From NCBI GenBank assembly GCA_015486895.1, contig WFQT01000188.1, positions 1 through 40,972 of the forward strand: a DNA stretch of 40,972 nt, written 5' to 3'. A program made the position numbers and the translations under genes. Of the stretch, positions 9,801 through 18,400 are shown one piece after another; position 1 is the stretch's first letter; the number at the start of each line of letters is the position of its first letter. The stretch comes from Anaerolineae bacterium (lineage in GTDB: Bacteria; Chloroflexota; Anaerolineae; JAADDB01). The notes under the pieces were generated by a model. That model was not told where the DNA came from. It searched no databases and saw only the letters and a program-made list of their open reading frames with translations.

Positions 9801-10067
9801 CTATCAATCCTCTCTGAACAAATCGATGAAGATGTAACCCGTAGAAGTCGACAAAAACTGAGTGTGAGTGCTCTGGGAGATACGGCAGGCGAAAGTGCTA
9901 CAATTACGACGGAATCTGCTAAAGGCATCGTGGGCGGTAATCGTTCAGTTATTAAGTTCTTGCTCGATTACCTGGAAAAGAACAAAAAGAGTAGAAGCAA
10001 ACGAAAAGCGTTAGCCGATTGGGAAATTCTTGTAATCGAGGAGTATATTACTAAATTGAGAAGATAA
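6885..10067 (+). CDS. Second tubulin-like protein with degenerate GTP-binding motifs and an internal transmembrane hairpin
   Basis: ALIVGIGDTG; T4 position reads GALSDPFTSG (7368-7385); ANTYAALKELDYY, PYDYVYLVDAVNE, RHGLPL and ALGLAFG align with the upstream paralog; hydrophobic segments at about 8466-8680. GAGGTG RBS precedes ATG6885. Confidence 0.85.
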   Translation: MERTIRQALIVGIGDTGIAVLSRLRERLVHLSDGKGVPVISLVGISENGNFPRNELPAGEEVQPIHQITLSARSVDDAVLQLLSPELQEAIIAMKPAGQSEASTRLTGWLKFFSNAPFIESTLRQWTLQVIDTAAKDKLKNMGMGVHSTAALDVFVVGALSDPFTSGTLVEFPYLLQHILEHQMIAERITKRYAGVLFLPVFADETHDGEDINERRKREYTQQANTYAALKELDYYMDQGHYKMSFDPGLRVEQIRAPYDYVYLVDAVNEANQRIPTRSQMTEMVAEWFDQTLTTTMGEELSKQSTQGGIARSFGKLAVYSGFGLSAYILPVEETIDVGAIRLGLDMLGRSKGLLKEQPPEAIEPVVFSAVDKDGVVARLRNGNGGDKKIAAYTNQFDKPFRHMAPYDLKAFFETVYKSFGHNYTRLLPVIERNMATNLEDLLDEKQKEVEDKAFELIDDNHIGGISLAIRALQSLTERLNKLVAVERGNLDLITGQLKEATEDVTKTQAAHVAAVYAFYPEDWREQIVVWGGLIGFLVFSFWLSITSFLFAKDNLAGLVAEWSGGDLSFLARAGLQLATFLFLIAALFAVGVAGYNAYHWWKRTRSNYVSTLKTRLTDALKKVVTSMTLHYFSAIERVSKEVNGQVVDLRDKVETVQDALQQRFAAPHALYGSRRFLLEESLLTEEDFDEFYEEIVGGSVEDELYRFSQPEQYGTISGWRDMEPKEIEDKLLAFGRGYLSPGLKEKDVETLLVKHAQLSEPNESGRHPYSPTANDEDAKIRAVQEKMKDLIDSAKPFLRYNSTALDTAVNPSLIQVVGFLQANNDDSLVQKAVEQIGIGSGATIQTVRVPDRYHIISMSVRHGLPLSAVSMLASYREQYSRFRARNEVGLHAQSKYLMLPDIFPLRFEGKIISEPQEAVALGLAFGKVHWNSRQKRYECQYHDNFLEKNIVVPLGEDKTAATMFLQEHVEILSILSEQIDEDVTRRSRQKLSVSALGDTAGESATITTESAKGIVGGNRSVIKFLLDYLEKNKKSRSKRKALADWEILVIEEYITKLRR

Positions 10068-10849
10068 CAGGGTGGTTGTGTATTGTTCGCAGCGGTGAAT
10101 TACAAGAAATTTTGCTCGTTACCAGTCGGCCGTTTCAGTGGGGAGATGATTGGTAAAATGGCATTCTGCTTTTTGCCGACTTATTCTGATACATTGGTGT
10201 TGTCCGGGAGAGATGTAAGGAATCTGCGGAGAACCTACGTAATCAGCGTTCCACTTGACCCAGATTGAGCAGTTACGCTCTCTCAATCTATTAGGGTGAG
10301 AAAAAGATGATGAGGCGAGAGACGGACGCATGTTGGGAAATAGCTCGTTTCCTTTCGCGTCTCCGTGATTGGTCGAGTGCTGTTGACAGGTCTGTTGAGT
10401 AACAGGTTCGACGAATTCGCTAAACAACTAAAGCTCAGCTCTGCTATGTTTGGAGCCTGCCTAAACTATCCATAGAAAATGATTTGACAGGGAAGCAGCC
10501 TGCCAGTTGTGTGTTCGTTGCTTTCGAAGCTGTCTCTGCGCGTTCTGTACTCCTTGCAGCTTCCGTTTCCAGCAGGTGGGTAACCAGTATAGAGCGTCAA
10601 TCAAAATGGGAAAGTAACATTACTTAGGACATTGCTAATATTGCGACATTGTAAGTTTTACTTGTTGAAGCGTCATGGTGGGCTATCAGGTGCATTTTAC
10701 AAGAATAATTGGGGCTGTTACCTTGACTGTGGACGCGAGATGGTGGATATGACCTGATATCGACGGGATAATGCAGGGTTTGGACAAATCGGGGGGCTGG
10801 ATGCTCATTCTTTTTTTCACGCCAAGTGGGCTACGCAGAAGGAGGAATC

Positions 10850-13630
10850 ATGTCTTTGCAACCTGGCATGCATTTAGGACGCTATGAAATTGTGGCTCTA
10901 CTCGGGGAGGGTGGATTCGCTAATGTCTATGAGGGCTACCAACGCGAGTATGACCGGCGGGTCGCCGTAAAGGTGCTTCACGAGTGGTTGGCCAAGGATG
11001 CACGCATTGTAGCCAGATTTAGGGAAGAGGCGATCAAAACATTCAACCTCCAACATCCCAATATTGTGCGTGTGTTGGATTTTCAGGAGGATCGCGGTCA
11101 TTATTTCATCGTGATGGAACTTGTAAATGGCCAGTCGTTACGCCAGCTAATCAATGCTCGTGACGCGACAGATTTTGTGCACGATGATGTGGCTGCGACT
11201 CGTCTTCACGATGACGCTAATGCCAAGACGCAGCTTCACCAGCTCTCCTCTTCTTATCAAGAACTCGATCTCGGCATCATTTCCAGCATTTTTCGGGATG
11301 TGTGTGCTGCGCTCACATACGCGCATGGCGAGCAGATCATTCATCGCGATGTGAAACCGGACAATATTCTGGTGGCGAGGGACGGCCGGGCATTGTTGGT
11401 GGATTTTGGTATTGCTAAAGCCCAGGATGAAGCGCTACATCTGACTAGTACCGGTGTGCGAATTGGCTCGGCTTTATATATGGCGCCGGAGCAAATCCGT
11501 GTGTCTGGCAAGCAAGAAAGCGATTATCGTTCCGATATTTATTCTTTGGGCGTCACTTTATACGAAGTATTGACCGGAACACCCCCTTTCGTCGCGAGAG
11601 AGGCGCAAAGCATCTGGAGAATGCATTTGGAGGACCAGCCGATTCCTCCCTCACGGCAGAAACCTGATTTACCTGAGCGACTCGACGCAGTTGTGCTCAA
11701 ATGCTTGGCGAAAGACCCAAACGATAGGTACCAGAATGCTACAGATGTTGCTCAGGCGCTTTCCGATCTGATAACACCCAAACCTATCACGATCTTGTTC
11801 TCCTCCACGCCACCGGTGACTGCCAAGAAGCGTCGCGAAGAGAAAGCGAAATTGGTATGTCCGGCATGCGGATATGATTTTCATGCTACGGATGTCAAAG
11901 CTATCTGTCCGGCGTGCGGGTACGAGTTCCCTGCTGAAGAAGGGGGACAAGCTTTCTCCCAGCGAGAGGCACGCGCCAGTAAATTCCTGCGTGATTTGGG
12001 CCTCAGTGCGGACTTATCACTTGATGTGAAGGCTTACGAGTATGACAAGAGCATCAAGACGCCTCTCCAGGCAGCTACCAGGCATGCTGTCGAACATGCC
12101 AAAGAAGTTTTCGCCGATGGTGTCGTTGTTCTTCCTGAAGAGAGTCCTGATCTGCCCCAGAAATACACTGACACCAGCGCTGCCTTGTTTGATGTAGCAG
12201 CATTGATGGAATCCCAAGCCTTGAAAGAATTTCAGGTTAAGCGAACGGCCCGGCGATATCGGCGACAGTCAGTCCATAAGGCGCGAGCATTGGCCTGTGC
12301 GGTAATAGGCAAATATCACACGTCGTTGGCTGCCTCTCGCGAGAACCACGATGAGGTGGTGAAGGGATACGAACAGTCTGTCAACTGGTATCAGAGGGCT
12401 CAGGAACACGGCAAGCAGAGCGATGAGCAAAGGGAGGCATTGACATCTCGCTTTGAGGCTGCGGAGATGCTCGTCAAGCTCATTTTGGACTTTCCGCCAG
12501 AAGGACAGGATCGATTAGCAGAGCAGGCTGTGCGCGTGTTTGATGATTTGCCACCTGACTTTTGGGGTGCTGAAGCAGATAAGAAGAAAGCAAATAGTTA
12601 CCGGGGACTGTATGCCGAGAAATTGGAGACGATAGAAAGAGCTAAGAAGGAAATTGCTAATACGCAAGCCACAACCCTCGGCTATGGGAAGAAATGGCGT
12701 GCTTCTGATGAGAAATCTTTACTGGCGCCGTTACGCGCTCGGTTAAATACGTTGTTTGCACAACAACTGCCTTCGCTGTTGCCTCATGACGCTGAAATAC
12801 ATTTGACGCTTTGGATTGGCATTTTTCTCTTATGGCTTTTAGGGCGCGCACTGCTCCCACTTGGATCTTTGATCCGGGCTGCACACGTGTTAGCATTGCT
12901 GCCAATGCCTCACTTTTTATCTCCTGCCATTGGATTGATTGGGACTGCCATCAGCGGCCTGTTGATTTTAGCGCCGTGGATTTTAGGGTATTGGGGTGGG
13001 TATGGGCGCGCTCGTCCCAGCGTAAAGCATTTCAACCAGATCGATCTAATCCTTTCTTTTGTTGCCATTCTGACGCTATTGCCGTGGTTGGGGCTCTGGC
13101 TTTATGGGGCCTTACTGATGGGTTTGGGGGTTATAGCCGGTAGATATTTGGACAAAAAGAGAGCTTTCAAACGTGGGGATAAAGTAGGTATGGTTATTGG
13201 AGGTGCGTTGTTGGTGCTCTTTTTGCTCTATCTCGTGCTTTATGCTGCACCGCTCACTTTGGTGTTGGCGGCGCTTGTCGGCTTGGCCGGTTGGCTGAGT
13301 GGTGACTATCTGTGCCGGTTGGATGTGACGTCCACGGCGTTACAGCAGATCAACGAGAATCTCTCGTTGCTGGAAAAAGAGTCGACGCTCCTTGTGGCTC
13401 GGCTGCTGTACAGTGTGGATCGGGATGAGTTCGTGAATGTGGAAGCGTTGAAAAGTGGAACTGAGGACTTTCGAAACGGGTTAACCGAGATCGTTTTCGA
13501 CGGTAGTACGGGCTGGACGGTCAAGGGACTCGTAATGCAGTTGAAGAAAAGCACGATTTCTCTTTTGCGCCATGGGGTGCAGGAAGCAAGCGTCAGATTG
13601 AGAAAAGGCAAAGATCGGCAACAGAATTAA
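10850..13630 (+). CDS. Ser/Thr protein kinase with double CxxC zinc ribbon, helical (TPR-like) region and polytopic membrane domain
   Basis: GEGGFANV, VAVK, FREEA, HRDVKPDN, DFG, YMAPE, DIYSLG; CPACG..CPACG; several C-terminal hydrophobic helices; AAGGAGG RBS before ATG10850. Confidence 0.92.
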   Translation: MSLQPGMHLGRYEIVALLGEGGFANVYEGYQREYDRRVAVKVLHEWLAKDARIVARFREEAIKTFNLQHPNIVRVLDFQEDRGHYFIVMELVNGQSLRQLINARDATDFVHDDVAATRLHDDANAKTQLHQLSSSYQELDLGIISSIFRDVCAALTYAHGEQIIHRDVKPDNILVARDGRALLVDFGIAKAQDEALHLTSTGVRIGSALYMAPEQIRVSGKQESDYRSDIYSLGVTLYEVLTGTPPFVAREAQSIWRMHLEDQPIPPSRQKPDLPERLDAVVLKCLAKDPNDRYQNATDVAQALSDLITPKPITILFSSTPPVTAKKRREEKAKLVCPACGYDFHATDVKAICPACGYEFPAEEGGQAFSQREARASKFLRDLGLSADLSLDVKAYEYDKSIKTPLQAATRHAVEHAKEVFADGVVVLPEESPDLPQKYTDTSAALFDVAALMESQALKEFQVKRTARRYRRQSVHKARALACAVIGKYHTSLAASRENHDEVVKGYEQSVNWYQRAQEHGKQSDEQREALTSRFEAAEMLVKLILDFPPEGQDRLAEQAVRVFDDLPPDFWGAEADKKKANSYRGLYAEKLETIERAKKEIANTQATTLGYGKKWRASDEKSLLAPLRARLNTLFAQQLPSLLPHDAEIHLTLWIGIFLLWLLGRALLPLGSLIRAAHVLALLPMPHFLSPAIGLIGTAISGLLILAPWILGYWGGYGRARPSVKHFNQIDLILSFVAILTLLPWLGLWLYGALLMGLGVIAGRYLDKKRAFKRGDKVGMVIGGALLVLFLLYLVLYAAPLTLVLAALVGLAGWLSGDYLCRLDVTSTALQQINENLSLLEKESTLLVARLLYSVDRDEFVNVEALKSGTEDFRNGLTEIVFDGSTGWTVKGLVMQLKKSTISLLRHGVQEASVRLRKGKDRQQN

Positions 13631-13674
13631 AGTTAGCATGAACAGTCATGGGAAAGCGGATCGGGGAGGAAGGT

Positions 13675-15402
13675 ATGAGTATTGCGGAATATTCCAATGT
13701 CATTGATCACCTACCGTCCATCAGGGAGATTAGAAATCTCCATAGGGCTAAGACAGGAACTCACACTCATGGTGATGTTTTCTTACTTCATCATACTGGC
13801 AATGAGGGAGTGGTTTTGAAACTCTTGTTCGAAAAACTGGTGAGCGATCAGGCATTCCAGTCGGGATTTCTTAAGGCCGCTGCGATAGCGGCTAAGTTGG
13901 AACATCCCAACTTTGTCCGCGTGTTTGGCGCCAAAAAGGTGGGCAACCAAGTGGTGTTGGCGATGCAATACGCTGACAAGGGGAGTCTCAGTGATGTCTT
14001 GGATAAGGCCGACGATAACAAACTTTCTCTCGACAAAGCGGTTCGAGTTTTAGCAGGTATCTGCGCTGCGCTAGAATACGCACATGAAAAACGAATTACG
14101 CATTGGAACATCAAGCCGGGGAGCGTATTGTTAACCAGAAATGATCAGGTTAAGCTCGATGCCTTTGATTTGGTTATGGCAATGATGGAAGCGCACGGAG
14201 GTGGGAATGCCCGTGATACCGAGGTAAAAGGTTTGGGGTCCGTGTTTTACGAAATGGTAACGGGATTACCTTACGACGAAGATACCACAAGACTGGGCAT
14301 TATTAGACCTGGAAAATTACGGAAGGTTATTAGGCGGTCGTTGGAAAGTGGTAACGGCAATCCTTATCGGAATGTGAGTCAGTTTTGCGAGGATTTTAAG
14401 AGATCTCTCCCTAAATCAGGGGGAGTGCTTGTGGCACTTGGCGATGTTTATCGCACAGCTAAACAAAGGCTAACTATTCGGTGGGAATATCCTGTTGAGC
14501 TTGATTCTGATTATTATCCTTCAGCGATTCGGTTGAACCGGGATGGGGATGTCTATTTGCTTTTGTCGTCTCGATCACAAAATGCGGGTCTGGTTTATTT
14601 TTACGACAAGCGATTTGCTGGCAAAGCTCGGCAGGAATATTCAATCGAGGGGATACCGATCAATGCATTTTTGTCCGACAATGGTGGCATTCTTTACATC
14701 GTGATACGTGGCCAGACTAACGAGTTGAGGATTTTGGAGTGGGATACTTCAAGAAAGAAATGGATTCAGGACTGGTATGTCCCTGGCGATGGGATCAGGC
14801 AGATATTGAGAATTAGAAATGATGGTAGGTTTCTTCTTGTCGAGGAGAACCAGCTTGTTATATGGGATGCCTTTCGCGGTCAATCGAAAGCAGTGAACGC
14901 AAAGTTAAGGAACAAAGAGATTATCTTGGCTGCTTATAAGGACGAGGGTGGCATTAGGATTATTTCATCACTTATCAAGAATTCTACTAGCACTGACCTA
15001 TGTATAGATATCTCTCGATTTGTTCTTGATGGTACAATTTTCTGTCGCCACCTGGACGAGCAGCAAGTTGGCGGGGATAATGATGAGCCAATGGAACGCT
15101 CGGTGCCAGCCGCCGGCCGTCGTTATTTGGGTTTTCGTATAGACGATTTACGGCTGTTCTTTTTTGATATTTCAAAGCGATCTGTTGTTTCAGTCAAATT
15201 GCCGTACAATTATGCCACTTGCGCCTCTACAATTGGCGAGCCCACTGGTGAACTGGCCATGCTGAATAAAGATATTGCCAAGGAAAGTCTTTTGTGGTGG
15301 GTCGGAAATAGAAGCGTAGCTGTTGCCATACAACAAAACCGTGAACGATTCGTACGGATCTATCCTTTGACGTACCTTCATCACATCTTGGGAGTGGGTT
15401 AA
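13675..15402 (+). CDS. Pseudokinase with C-terminal beta-rich (propeller-like) domain
   Basis: Kinase fold remnants VVLK, HPNFVRV, MQYADKGSL, ALEYAH. HRD is replaced by HWN, DFG by AFD, and there is no Gly-rich loop or APE. GGAGG..ATG13675. Confidence 0.75.
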   Translation: MSIAEYSNVIDHLPSIREIRNLHRAKTGTHTHGDVFLLHHTGNEGVVLKLLFEKLVSDQAFQSGFLKAAAIAAKLEHPNFVRVFGAKKVGNQVVLAMQYADKGSLSDVLDKADDNKLSLDKAVRVLAGICAALEYAHEKRITHWNIKPGSVLLTRNDQVKLDAFDLVMAMMEAHGGGNARDTEVKGLGSVFYEMVTGLPYDEDTTRLGIIRPGKLRKVIRRSLESGNGNPYRNVSQFCEDFKRSLPKSGGVLVALGDVYRTAKQRLTIRWEYPVELDSDYYPSAIRLNRDGDVYLLLSSRSQNAGLVYFYDKRFAGKARQEYSIEGIPINAFLSDNGGILYIVIRGQTNELRILEWDTSRKKWIQDWYVPGDGIRQILRIRNDGRFLLVEENQLVIWDAFRGQSKAVNAKLRNKEIILAAYKDEGGIRIISSLIKNSTSTDLCIDISRFVLDGTIFCRHLDEQQVGGDNDEPMERSVPAAGRRYLGFRIDDLRLFFFDISKRSVVSVKLPYNYATCASTIGEPTGELAMLNKDIAKESLLWWVGNRSVAVAIQQNRERFVRIYPLTYLHHILGVG

Positions 15403-18400
15403 TGATTGACCTGATATTTGACTTCCTAAACAATCTGCTTGCCAACTGGATATGGGATGTTGCCGGTCATGATCTTGTGATTGCAGGCGCCATATCAGTT
15501 GTGTTGCTTTTACTCGCGGTTGCTCGTTTTCAGGAAGGTGGATCAGCAGATAGTAAAGTGTCTGCTTTATGGAAAATCTTGCTGGCACAGTCTACTAAGA
15601 TCCTCTTCTTTTTGTTTGGTGTTGCCTGGGGAGTCTTGTGGTTTGAGACGGGATTTGTCGCGGCTGGTCGATGGGTACCTAAGCTAATGCTTTTGGTTTT
15701 TGCCTTGGTTCTTGTTTATGTGGTGTGGAGCTTTCGCACGGAGAACTGGGTGTGGTGTTATGCTGTCTTGATGGTCGCGCTCTTTATTATGTTCTTGTAT
15801 CCTACCCCTGCCAGTTGGGTTCACGGTGACTTGGCTTCTGTGTACGTCGAGGTATCTCCCAGGTATAGGGAAACCGCGTTACAAAATGTGCAGATAGGGA
15901 GTGAACTGGCTCGTCATCACATATATTCAACTATAAAGTTCTCATGGGCGGGCGCAAAGAGGCAGAATCCGGTCAGGTATCTACAATATATTAGACGTAA
16001 CGCTTTGTATGACGCGGCGGTTATGATCACGGATGACGGTGAGAAAGACAGTAATTGGCACATTTCCTTCGATCCTCCGATTAACGGTACTGATCGCATT
16101 ACTGTTACAACGCATGTTAGTATGGAGTATGTAATATCCGGCTACTTGGCACGATTGAGAATCTCGCACGGGTTGGACGCACCTTCTTACCACGACATGT
16201 CGACATTCTTGGAGTTATTGTTTCCCATGGGAAAAGTGTCTGGATGGGAAGGGCTACCAGATGAATCATTCAAGTCACTGGATGTTGCGACTCGAACGAT
16301 ACCTGACTTGTCCTACTTGATTCTCAAAAGCGCCTTCCAAACGCGAAACTGGGACTTGTTGAATTGGAAAGTGCCCACCAGTGATCTGGACTTGGAATCG
16401 TGGAGCAAAAAGCGAGTCGAAGATAGTTCGGACAAAGAGACCCGGAAAAACGTGAAGTTTGCCAAGCAGTTACTATTGCTGGGCATAGCTATTCAAAGAC
16501 GCGAGTTAGATTCTGCCGTGGAGTTAGACAAAAACCTGCATGACGAAATGACTGCTTGGGGGGAAAGCCTCCCGTCTTCACTGACAACGAAATACTACAT
16601 TTTGCACGTCAAATTGGGATTATTGTATATTGATCTTTCTAAGGACAGGGTGCAGATAGGGTCTGATGATCTCAAACATCTCATGAAAAAGGGGGAAGCT
16701 TATCAAGATGAAAGAGACTTACTATTGGGTCAAATATATCTGGACTATAGCAGTTTGATTGGGAAAGGAGGCCTTGCTGACAATGAGCGCATGTCCGAGG
16801 CGGCAAAACGATTGCAATCGGCCTGTACAGAAGCTGTTCATACCGATAGTCCCCTTTCCGGTATCGAGGCGTGTTACTGGGGATATGATAGGATCCCACC
16901 GGTATTGAGCACTGTTGACTGGATGGGTCAGGCACAGAAAATAGCCGATAGATACCACATATCTCTGAAGGAAGCATTTGTCGAAAACGCAAGAAGTAGT
17001 ATTGAGGCGATCCAGGCTGAAAAAAAGATTGAGCTCCCTATTCAGCTAATGGCATTTGTGCCGTCAACTGAACGTTCATCCAAAGAGATTGTTCTACGTA
17101 TTAAGGACGAATACAACAAAGACGCGGGTACGTGCGTGCTCAAGTTACAAAATGGTATAGGTTCACACGATGCAATACAGGAATACCGGAGTGATTCTTC
17201 TTGCAAAGTGACGGTGGGCACAGATTACCACTATCGCTGGAGTGAAAACAAACAGCATAGCGGCACTATTACTTTAAAGCCACGAAAATATTTCCTGTAT
17301 TGGACACCTTCAGGTGGGACAGAACGAAAGTTTAGCCTTGTACCCCTGGTGCTGGACTTACGCCCCATGCCGATCGATATTCATTTGGAATTTCAGCCGC
17401 AACAGAGATTCCATGTTGTCGGAGAGCCTATTACCCTGACAGCGTATTTTCGAGGCAGTTTATCTTCTGCTCACGCTTCAGAGCTTATGAATATGATTTC
17501 CACTCACGTGAAATTCAATGCAGAAATTCGGCCAGCCGCACCTTTGCACGGTAAATGTCCCCTAGAAACCCCTGTTCCACTGAATACTGACGGTTCACAG
17601 GTCGTTAGTGGACGATGGATTCCCCGTGTGGGGGCGTGTGATGCATACAATGTTCGAGTTAAAGGTGTCTCGCTCGGTCACGTAGTATACATTGGAACGA
17701 TGCCCTTGCAATCGCAGGTCATAAAACTGGATAATATTGTGCCTTGTACCATGCAGATTGCTGACAACAATGTGGTCTGGATTTATGGCGGCCCCTCTGC
17801 TCAACACTATGACCGGATAAAGAGGCCAGAAGCTGGTGAAACTTTCAAAGTGACTGGGAAGGATGCTTTTAATGAAAGGTGGGTGAGGATTGATCTTGGT
17901 GACGGAAAAGAAGGGTGGATATACAACAGCCCAGGTCATGTCATAGTACATGGCTCTCTCTCGGATGTTCCGATACTAGACAAGAGGCCACCATCCAATC
18001 CACACGTAATTACCGTTCGGGATGTAATTTTGCTTAGTGGACCTGGGGAGCGGTGTGAGAAAGTGTCTAAGATGGGACCTGGTACAGATTTGAAAATCCA
18101 GGCGCAGAGTGTGGATGGACAGTGGTGGAAGGTCCAGTACAAGGGGGGTACTGGATGGATTAGGAAAGATAATGTAGGCCAGGTTCAGGGTACAACCGAA
18201 GAAATCAAGGCCTTGTGGCCCTTGGACGTCAAGATAGTGAAGGAAACTAACACGTACGATTCGTATGGAGATTATGGGAGTAAAGCCCTTGTCGGCGATC
18301 GTTTCAGCGTTACAGGAAAAAGCCAAGACGGGAAATGCTTACAAAGCTATTTGGGCGACGTGTCAGGAGTTTGGATTGATAGTAGCGCTGTGGAGTATAT

